Below, piece by piece: positions 50,301-61,200 of a DNA stretch of 64,000 nucleotides. Source of the stretch: Auanema rhodensis (Eukaryota; Animalia; Nematoda); the NCBI GenBank assembly GCA_964057225.1, contig OZ059896.1, positions 15,810,001-15,874,000 on the forward strand, given 5' to 3'. The notes beneath the pieces were generated by a model that did no database searches, was not told the origin of the DNA, and worked only from the letters and a program-made list of their open reading frames with translations. How positions within the stretch are numbered: position 1 is the stretch's first letter; each line of letters starts with the position of its first letter. The position numbers were made by a program, and so were the translations under genes.

Positions 50301-51537
50301 AAGTTTAAAACCAAAATTAAAATTCGTTGACAGTTTTAACTTACGAAATTGCAATTGTTTATCTTATCTATACACAAATCTTGTTTTTAATTTATTTCTT
50401 TAGTCATTCTCTTCCTCTTTTTGTTTCTCGGATGAAAATAAATAAAAAGGCATAATCATGCGTTCTCTATGCAAAATCTTGAAATTATATTTCAGTTCTA
50501 ATAGCAACTAAGCGATTTTTGTTTGATTCAATTATCTTTTTTCCTTGTTTATGACTTTTTCTTGTCTATGTTTTTTCTCGTCATAACTTGCTTTCTTTTA
50601 AGATGCAGGCACCGACAGCTGATGTTCATATGCGGTATCGTTGTTTATGTGGTTTATGCCATGTTGTGGTATGTTTTTTTATGGCTTTAAAGGCTTAGCT
50701 TCTTCATAAAGCTTAGTTGAATTTTTCATTCAACCATCATCTTCTTTCTCCCCTCTCTCTCTCGTATATCATCACATAATTAACTTTTTGTACTTACAGA
50801 CAGGAACGCAGCTATGCTTAGTATGGTATGTAATTTTCTCAATTTTCTCCATGATGTTTGGTATGAAATCCACATTGACATGGGTCATCGTACCAATTAT
50901 TGTCACAGCATTAGCTATATATGGTTTGATGACAAGAAAGCATAAGTATCTATATCCATTTCTTATAATTACTGTGAGTTAACTTATAAATATTTTCTCA
51001 AATAAATTTTTCTTAAACTTTAAGGTTGTCCAACAGTTTGTTGGAATACTTATGGCTGTTATCATATCCACTTTTTCATTCTTCAGCTTTGACACAATGC
51101 GGCAAATAATTGGTCAGTTTTTAATTCAATTTAGAACAATATTCACACTCACATGTACATGTATGTATGTGTAAACAGCGTTTTTCTCTCGATTTTTGAT
51201 GTTTTTATTCTGAATTCATTTAGGCCATTCACTCGATATTGAAGGACCACCATCCAAAGAAACAGCTATTCTAGTTATTTGTGGCACAATTGCAGCATGT
51301 CTTCTACTTACTGTCATTCACTTTTGGCATTCTTTAATTATATATAGGTATATAAATCTTATTTATACTAATTATTCTTATAATTTACGTCATTTCAGGT
51401 GCTTAGATTACTATGAGTATGAGTACCGACGTTTAGAGGAGTGCATCACTAAGCCTACTCCAACGCATTGCCGAATGAACATGGATATAGCAGATTCACT
51501 TGAGAGTGGAACTGAAAGAACTAAGTATTCAGCTTAG
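42467..51537 (+). CDS. Nematode four-transmembrane (LAPTM-like topology) protein. Core exons lie at 50603-51537; the putative first exon is 42467-42496
   Basis: The core is MQAPTADVHMRYRCLCGLCHVVTGTQLCLVWYVIFS...LYPFLIIT...HFWHSLIIYRCLDYYE...KYSA*, with four hydrophobic segments and a CxCGxxHV motif. The upstream mini-exon (TTCCAG..ATG GCG AGC ATT GAA CTT TAC TTC GAA AAT|GTATGC, preceded by TATAAA) joins in phase 0 to TTTAAG|ATG at 50603. The core is well supported; the first exon is inferred. Confidence 0.75.
43755..43864. repeat. (CT)n microsatellite with C-runs
   Basis: Directly visible. Confidence 0.97.
45878..45936. repeat. (CT)n microsatellite
   Basis: Directly visible. Confidence 0.97.
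46947..47014. repeat. (AT)n microsatellite interrupted by GT
   Basis: Directly visible. Confidence 0.97.
47348..47381. repeat. (GA)n microsatellite
   Basis: Directly visible. Confidence 0.95.
47829..47857. repeat. (TG)n(AG)n compound microsatellite
   Basis: Directly visible. Confidence 0.93.
48720..48754. repeat. (GA)n microsatellite
   Basis: Directly visible. Confidence 0.92.
49959..50026. repeat. Degenerate (GA)n/(GAGAGT)n tract
   Basis: Directly visible. Confidence 0.85.
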
Positions 51538-52091
51538 ATTTCTAAAGTTTACATTCTTCTATCTATCTCATAAGTATGCCTGATAATCCAAAAAAAACAT
51601 GTTCTCAATACGTTAAGCATATGTATAGTATACTTATGTATGTACTTATTTCAAATATCATTTTTTTTGAGAAATTTTCAACTTTTTTCTGTTTAATTTT
51701 ATATTTTCTTTTCACTTGTTTTCAAAGAAATTGCATAATATTACTTGTTTATAATTCATAGATGATTGTTTATCTGTATTTAACACATCAAATGACGGTT
51801 ATAGTTTCATATTTTTGATTTATTTATAATTAAAATATATTTTATTATATTCTTTTGTCTAAAATAGTTAATGATATTTCAATTTGTCATTGATAATTCA
51901 CACAATTGAAAAATGAACTTACATTAGTATATTGATATATGACAAATCAAAAATAAGTCATATGCTGCTGCTAATCGCGCCTATTAGCATATTGACGTGA
52001 ATATTTTCACGTAAAATGTTTCATTTTAATTCCAGGAAGTGCAGTGAGCGATTGCATTCAATACATATTCTGAAAAGAAAGGTAAGCATTC

Positions 52092-52210
52092 GCTTACGAC
52101 CATACCACGTTGAAAGTACGCCATCCCGTCCGATCTGGCAAGTCAAGCAACGTTGGGCCCGGTTAGTACTTGGATCGGAGACGGCTTGGGAATCCCGGGT
52201 GCCGTAAGCT
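52092..52210 (+). rRNA. 5S: 5S rRNA gene, single dispersed copy
   Basis: The 119-nt sequence GCTTACGACCATACCACGTTGAAAGTACGCCATCCCGTCCGATCTGGCAAGTCAAGC...AGTACTTGGATCGGAGACGGCTTGGGAATCCCGGGTGCCGTAAGCT closely matches nematode 5S. It is followed by oligo-T Pol III terminators (T4, then T5). Confidence 0.97.
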
Positions 52211-53450
52211 TTTCCTTTTTATAATTCTATTATGTTTTAAGCCATATCTGAAAATTTAATAACAATTTTTTCTTAGGCAATAAGAAATTCTACTACTATA
52301 AACATATATGTATTTTGTACTTTGTTGGATTATATTAACTCCTTCATTATATAATTAGGTCATCTTCACAGAAATATAAATTAGATTTTATGTGCCCTTT
52401 TTTTGGTAACTCATTGAATACGTAAAGATGTAAAATAAATTAAAACATTTATTTTCTAAAATTATTATAAAAAAAACAATAACCCGAACAGCAGGTTTCA
52501 ATATAGTGATGATTTTTTTTTCAAAAATAAGTGAATCGGAGTTATTAGAATGTGGGGTTTTCAAAATATTTTATCTTAGTTAACTATACATATAAATACT
52601 TTCTATAAATCATTATATAGCAAAACAATTTTAATACTATGATATGTATGTGCAGCGGTGCCGAAAATTTCTTCCAATGTTATCAAAAAGAAATAGCTCA
52701 GAATAAGTTTATATGTTATACCTCAAACGTATTGCTCGTGCAGTACCTATCTAGATAGCATGAATAAACAAGTAAAACTATTATGTTATTCAGTACTATT
52801 CAAAAGAAATGTTTTTTTGAGGTAATAAGACTGAAATTAGATGACAATTTTGCAAGAAAATTTGAAAAAAAAAACTTTTCAGACATATGAGAAAGTAATT
52901 GTATTAAATATATACTATTAGGCATAGTTATTATATAACATATATAGATAGATATCTATATATATAATTTACTAAATTTCGAATCATCATAAAAGGTATG
53001 CTAAGCCTAAGCTTTGAACGTCACCTCATACTATAATGCAAACTTGAGGGAAAGACAAAAAGAATCTTCAAACGTAGTAAATATAGATTTCAAATACTTT
53101 TTTGAGTAACAAAAACACAAACATAACATAGACATTACAGTATAATGCATTATCTATTACCAATTAGAGATTGTTTTATTCAGAAAAAAAAGTTTTAAAT
53201 ATTATAAAAAGCTAAAGTAGCTAATCACTGTATACGAGAGATACTGGACAAAAAAAATTAAAAAAAAAAAAAAAACTAGATATAGTTAACTATCTATATA
53301 AATAAAGATAAGATAATATTGTATGTTATATACTATATGTATTTTGATTGTAAAATAACAAATAAAGATCATTTTTTTCCTTATAAGACCAATTTCTTTC
53401 TCATAGAATTGATATATACAGATATGAAATAAATGAAAAATTTCTAATTT

Positions 53451-55944
53451 CTAATCACATACAGATTCAGTTCTATGTCTGATTATTAAATCCACAACTT
53501 CTTCTTTCGTATTAGGAGATGTGCTTTCATCATCTTTACCCCATTCTTGTATTTCACCTAAATATAAATATATAATAGAAGTTGAAATCATTATGTTTAT
53601 AATTTTAATATAAAATGTTCATTTTTGATTGAAGTTTGATAGATAAGCATCCAATTAAATCTGAACTATCTCTGTATTTCGCAACTTTTTTGAAATACAA
53701 CCCAAAATATTTAAATAATCTACCTGAACCAAACATAATAAATATTAATCCAGATATTGCTGATACAGTAGCAGCAATACAGAAGAGCTGTTGCCATTCC
53801 TCGATGGCTCCCTGAAATCATTAAATTGTTAGTTTGGAGAACAGTAAACAGATTAAACTAACAGTTCGCTTAATAAATCCTACAGTTATGGGAGTAGTTA
53901 GCCTTCCAAACATGGCAGCGAATTGAGAGATAGAGGATAGTGTAGCAGTATATCTTGGAGCAAGTGATAGTAATGATGTATAAAATCCACTAGTAAATGT
54001 ACCCATAACAAGATATCTAAATAAAAATAAATTTGAAATAAAAATTGATAAAAGTACATACGTTGTACAGAAAAGTGCTAATCCAAGGCCTGTATTGGAA
54101 CAATCAACAAAGAATGCAACCGAAACTAAGCAAATAGCACTTCCAAAATTGGCTGAAAAGAGGAATATAAATGAAAATATTTGATTTCAGTGCAAGTTGT
54201 TCATTAAGTTTTAATCTGTTTACCTACACCTTGTGAGAGCTTGACAGCCATTGTTGGTGTCAAGCATCCCTTTTCCTTCATCTTATCCATGAACATTCCC
54301 CAAATAATTTTGAAAACAAAGTTAAACACATTCGGAATAGCAATGTACATTCCATTCTGAATATACGTTCAAATCATTAAAAAGCTTAAATTTCAAATCA
54401 ATGAATTACCGCCATAACACCCATTCGAAGGACATCTTTCAAATATGATGGTAAATATAGTTGAAGTAATGTCATAAAAGCGTTTATAACAAAGTGACAT
54501 TGAAGTTGAGCCAAGAATGCTGGTGATGTTAAAACCTTTTTATATGGAACTGATGGCTTTCTCTAAAACATTTGCCGAATGAACACAAGTATGATCATGT
54601 AAGTACCTTGGATGCTGATGATTGTCGGGGGATTTTGGATTGTAAATATACGCGCTCGACATGTGTCATGACTTTACATTTACTTGGCTCATTGCTTGAA
54701 GCTAGTAGCCAGATAATTGACCAGATACAACCTGCTGTAGCTGCAAATGATATTGATGTTTGTGTATCTTATTCAGGTAATTGTCTCGTTTTTACCACAA
54801 ATATAGAAAATGCTTTCCCATCCGAATTGCGATGCACACATTGCTGCAGCCAAGGGATTGCCGGCAGCACCTATACAGACATATCATTGATAACAAAATC
54901 AAAAAAAGGTTGTTTTTTTTTGTTGAAAACAAGCCAATGGCTTCTTCTGTATAATCTCTCAACTGACCAGCTAACTGATTTCCAGTTGTGAAGAGAGCCA
55001 ATGCTGTACTTCGTTCTTCCATTGGAAACCATAGAGCAATCATAGAATTAATTGAAGGAATAACAACACTCTAAAGATTTTTTTCTTAAATATTTCATCT
55101 AGAATCAAATTTACTTCTCCAAATCCCATTAAAACTCGAGCAAAAAAGACGGAGATATATCCAACATTCAATGCTAAATATGGAGTTATAGCCGAGGAAA
55201 TCACATAGAGCAGCATGGCAGCAAGTAGTACAAGTCTGGGTGATCCTCGCTGAATAAAATCATTTCAACTCATTATCAATACTATGCTTATACATGTTCA
55301 TTTTGTAATTTAAGTCAAAAATCATATGTAAAGCTTCGTTGTCATCATGTTATACCTGAACTAAAATCATTCCAGGTAAGCAAACCAGTATAGCTCCCGT
55401 AAATGTTCCTCCAAAAATTAAGTTTTGTTCATCAGGAGTCCAAACCAAAGTTCCCTGAACAAATTTACTTTAATATTTTAAAATGTTTTATTGAAAATCT
55501 TACTCCATAATCTATAACTACATGTTTTTCTAAAGTATTTCGACTTGTACATTCACCAGCACTTGCAGTTACAATACTCACATTAGAAGCGGCTAGTTCT
55601 TCCAATAGTTTAGACTCCTTAATGGGAATAGGTTTTAAGATTTCTTTGATTTTTCAAAATTTTACATTATCCATAAAAGAATCAGTTATGTTTAATGAAT
55701 GAGAAAGCATTAAACGATGAGCTTCTTCTTCTAAACTGATTGCTGTTGAGTTAACCATACAAGTCATTGTTAAAGCTATTTGCATTCTCATGAATGTTGT
55801 ACAACAAAAGCCAGATATAAGTAGTAGAATAAGATGAAATCTTCGAGATAATAAATGAAATAAAGCTGAATATCATGTAAATCATTCAATCTATACAATC
55901 AACGACTTACGAGCTTTTTTTATTTTTCGATGAGTACTAGTCAT
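53451..55944 (-). CDS. SLC17 (sialin/anion:cation symporter) family MFS transporter
   Basis: Spliced protein includes MRMQIALTMTCMVNST, GTLVWTPDEQNLIFGGTFTG, FFARVLMGFGESVVIPSINSMIALWFPMEERS, GWESIFY, YLPSYLKDVL, SGFYTSLLSLAPRYTA and FGSGEIQEWGK, ending ESVCD*. Confidence 0.92.
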
Positions 55945-58280
55945 CTTGAATGAAAATTATTGAATTTAAAGATAAAAAATAATCTGAAATTTAATAATTA
56001 TTATAATATATTAATAGTATATAAATAGAATAATATATATTTTAAATTTTATTCAATTTAAAGATTTTCTTAATTATTTCAGATAGAATTGTAATCGTAG
56101 TACTAATATAAGCAATAAAAAAACTTTTCAAAGAAAAGATAACAAATTACCAAAAAACTGTAATAACTTGTATATTAAAATTAATAAAAAAATTAATATA
56201 ATATACATAAAAGCATAATTTTTATTTAAAAAAAAGTTAAATAAAGTTAAGATATATGAAATGTGAAAATGAGTGAAATGATGATGGGTGATTGCTGACT
56301 ACATGTTTAACTGCCTCTGAGCAATGTGTAGGAGAAGAAAATTATAACTATGCAATGATAAGACAAAAAAATTCATTAAAATCTGAAGATATTGTGATAT
56401 GGAAACATTGAGAAAGTGGGAGTGGAAGGAATGAAAGAACAACCAGCTGCAAGAGCTAATCGGGAGTTCAAAGAGCTAATATTAAAACATTTGAAACAAA
56501 ACGGCCTGCGAGCACATGAATGAGCAAACTGAAGAAAAGACGTAAATTTTGAAAAAAAAAAGTGGGAGAGACAGTGAGAGCAGATGAGCTTGACGTCTCG
56601 ATACATTGCCAGCATGACATGACGGTCATACATCTTGTCCACACATACTGTTAATGAGATTTTTGAGCTTGTGCTGGCAAAGGGCGGAAAAAAGTGAATA
56701 ATGCAGTTGAAAACGTTTTTACTGATTATGGCTTATCAGAGAAACAAAGAACTCTCTCTCTTCATATCATTTGCAGCTGCTGTTCAAGCAGTTTCAAGTT
56801 GAAATATGATGAGAGCAATGTACACGACATTTTCTCTTATAGTTCATTAAATGATTTATGAATAACTTCCATGTTATATGTATACATGGTTACAACAATC
56901 TGATAAAACAGTTGATTAATTTCACAAAAAATTACATAAATAGTATTTATAAAGAATTTGATTATTGATAATATACAACGGATTATATCATAAAAAATGC
57001 TTTAAGTTTTCAAGTGGTTACAACATCAAACTACAACTTAATTTGTATTTGATCTTTTCTTCAAAAATTGCTTGATTCAGTCACATATATATCAGACATC
57101 AGGCAGAAAATATCTTTAAAACAAATAGATTACTTATCAGTAGCTGTACTGTGGTCATCGAGAGCAACATAGAGAATCTATCAGTAGAAACAGATAGCTG
57201 ACGCAATCTTCTTCAATGTCTGAGAAAACGCACAATAATCTCGATTAGATGTGACCAATTGTATAGCATTATCGTTAACTATTCCTTACAATATGATGAA
57301 ATGTGCTCGTTTCCCGAGCTTATATGACGCATCTCTTGTCATTCAGTTATTGCTATTTTCAGCAACTTTACTATACTCCATTTTTCTTCTTTTTTATATT
57401 TTCTTATCTTTTATACTAAAAACCTCAATGTACTTGAGTATGCAACTTTTCCTGATCAAAAATTATAATCTGATGAAAATCTTTTTTTTGGTGCTGGATC
57501 CAATGTTTGAGAATGGGATTAGATAGTCTGAACAAACAGATATTTCCCAGGCAAAACTGTTTTTTTCTTTTTCCACTTATATAGCTCAATCATTCAAAAT
57601 TAACTATATCATATAAATTTGGAAATACTTTCTACTTTAGATATTGTAGTTCATATCATCATTTCCGCCATGCTGTTTGATTGTGTTATAGTATCATCTG
57701 ATCCCACATAAAGAAAAGTCATATTAATATATTAAAGATAAGAAGCTTCTTAAAAAATTAGTTATCGGGATGATTCGAAGTTGTGCAGTAAGGTTATAGA
57801 ATACATATTTGCCTGCAAATATTACAAAATTCATTTGAAAATTTTAATCCCCACATATATCACCATTCGTTCTCAAAATATTAAAAAAAATAATATTACT
57901 TTCTAAATAAGAAATCTATAACAAGTGATAATTAAACAGAATCTGAATTAGTATCCATATACATTTAGATGAGTAGCAAGAAATGCAGGATATGAGCATC
58001 AGAACAGATAAATTAGTTCTGTGTACAACCTAAGACTAGCACTTCCATTGTTCATGAAAAGGAAAATTTCTACAGATCCATGACTTTCAGAAGTAAAAAG
58101 AAAAGAAAATAACAGAAGAAAACCGTAGCTCAATACTGAGATCAAAACGATATCGGTGAGCAATCGTAGATCAAAAACAAATTGAACACTAACCAAATAA
58201 CTGAGGTATACAACAACAACTTTAAACAAAAGGTTAACGAGGAATTATAGGAAGTAAGTAAAGTTACCGGAATGAAAGAA

Positions 58281-61200
58281 TTATACCATATCTTCATCAA
58301 CTATTTCATTAGGATTGCACATTCCAGGAACTGCACTCTTAGCAGCCTGAACAGCAGCAAGCTCTTTCTCACGATCTTCTAAGAAAAGATCCGAAGTATC
58401 TTCCCCAATAAATTCCTAGAAAAGTGTCAATTTTGAAAATTTAAGACATTTTTGCAGTCTATACCTTGATTTGAACTAAGAAATCACGCAAATGATGCTT
58501 CATCGCAGTAATGTCTTTGTTTAAACTAAGGAATCCCTTGACCAAAACACGAACTTGATCACTAAAATAACGGAAAACTAGCAATAACTTTCAAAAAAGC
58601 AAATATACCCTGTGAGATTTGTAAAGTGAACCGAGAATAAATCGGCAATGTACCCGAAAACATAATCAATGTTGCTTTGCTGAGGATTTTCTTTGTTCAA
58701 CCGAACCTGCAAGTATCAGTATCAAAAATTTGTCTTTGAAAATTCACGTGACGAAGAAAAGATCAGTGGAGAAAAGAAAAAAATCTCTTTTCATTTCTAT
58801 GCAAAATCACGTAATGAGCGATTGCATTGATATCTTGTTGCATGTTTATCAAAGAAAACCGATAAAATACGAGGAAATGACTAACCTTAATAGTATATTC
58901 GGGAGCTTTAAAAAGCTCGCAAAGAATCACAGCATAATAAGTTATTCCTGAAAAAGGAAAATGAATATTTAAAGAAATAATTATATTCTTACCAACTACA
59001 TGAACATGACTACTATCAGCCACAACAGCTAAAACATGTTGTAGTAGAGACATATAAAATTTTTCATAAAATGGTTGCGATAATTCATCAGGAAGTTCAG
59101 GCAAAGATGTAAGAATACATTTCAAAATATCCAAGCCTAGAAAAAAATGAATTCATTCTGTATTTTTCAAAGTAAGCTCACCAATTTCAGCTACATTCCT
59201 CATTGAATGCTGGAAAGCCCAAACGACAGCATCAATTACAACCTGAGTTGAAAAAAAAACTGATTAATCACACACAACAATAAAAATTCGAACCTTAAGT
59301 TGTTCTTCAGGCATTTCCAAAAAAACAGGAAGAGCGAATTCAGTTAAAACCATAAGAAGTTTAAAGAAATTTGTTCTATGTTCAGGCCAAGCCTGAGATA
59401 TCGAAATTATACTAAATTTTAAGTAGTCATAATATACCTCCATATCCTTATTAATCATCTCCAAAGTACTTTCGAACACAGCTCCAAGAATGTCAGGAAT
59501 GTGGGGTCTGATTTCGTCCTGTAAACGTAACAAAGTAAAATAACAAATAAGAAAATCTGCTACCCCTTGTTGCATACAAATAATACTCAACAGTGACAAA
59601 ACTTTTGGATCGCGAGCTCCAGGAACATTAGTTTTGTAATCCAGAAGAACAGCTTCAAATAGAGGAGGAATGATGTCATTTCCCACAATATCAACATCTC
59701 GAGTGTTAGCAATCCAAGTCGAAAGTAGAACAAGAAACTCTTTTTTTACAGTTCTAATCAACTTGAAAGTGTGATCCTAAAATAATATTTTTACACGTAA
59801 AACGAACTACTTCGAAGTAAACCTTTAGAATGCCTTCTCCATTCTCAGAAACAGCTGTAGATAGTTCACTTGATAAAATACGATAAATGGATAACATATC
59901 ACTGAAAAGTATTCAAATATAAAAAATTAGGGGAAGTAGCTTACATGAAAATCGTGCTCATTTGATAAGCAAACATATCACCTGTAGCGATGCACAGGGC
60001 TGTGTTAATTTTGATAACATTTATTATTTCCCGCAAAATCTGTGAAAATACGACGAAGGGTGAGGCATTTATCGTGTAATCTACATACCTCAACGTTTCC
60101 CAGTGTTTGAACATCTCCATGAATAGACTTAACCACTGCCGCCCATTTAGAATTAGGGAAATTCATAGCCTTAGTGATCAATGTGGTCTGAATGTTTTCA
60201 TCTGATTCAGCCGAAATTATTTGTCCGATGGCTTCGAAAAAGATATGACTCTTAAAACAGGTATATCTCCATCAAAAACTTTCAATAGTTAAAATACCTG
60301 AGCAGGAGTAAGATCACAAATCGTTGCTTGTAACTTTGATATTATTTCTTCTATAAAAGGCACAACTTCCCCAGTTTGTAACTTAAACATACAAAATCAA
60401 ACAAATATCAAAATTGTTAAAAAGATACCGTTACAAATTGAACTTTCGTCTTTATTGCAATTTTAATAAATGTATCGCATGCCATATCCTGAACTCCATC
60501 ATGAGATTCATGCATAAATTCAAAAAGTTTGTTAATAACCTTAAAGAAATAAATACATATACATATTTAAGCTATACAATTAAAATACCGTCTTTAAAAA
60601 CTTCCAATGAGCTCGAAGAAAACGAGGATATTGTCCAACAACGTACATAATATTGGCAGCAATTACAGCCTTGTTATCTTTTCCCCTTCTATGCTCGACC
60701 ATTCCCAATAAGTCTAGAATTATTAAATAGTAAACTATTGAAAAAGAGAAAACTAAACCTCTAATAACAATGACCAAAAATCGCTTCTCTTGCTCTACAG
60801 TCATGCACCCCGAAATAGATCCAATTGCCCAACAAAGTGAATTAAGCTTCTTCCAAGAAAAATTCATAGTTTGAACTTGATCAGTCAATTTGTTCACGAT
60901 AATAGTTTGAGTATCTTCAACGTCAAGATGGCACAAATAAACCAAAGCTTCTTTCATATTTTTATATAAATTAATGGAATCTGTATCTTTAATGATTTCC
61001 CGTACAACCTGAATGTTGATGATTCTCAGAAAGAAAAAAAACAAGTTAAGAATACCTCTCCCTGGTCGTTTTCTACAACTAAAACTTCTTCTGGTTTAGC
61101 CATTCGAGATATCATAACATCACGAATGATGGATAAATAATGATTGTAAAGAGCATTACGTTTTCCTGTACTATGGAAAGGTGAGTCTCGATAGAGATCT

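Noticed and set aside
52016-52207. 63-aa track ORF overlapping the 5S gene
   Set aside because: It is an incidental reading frame across the rRNA gene.
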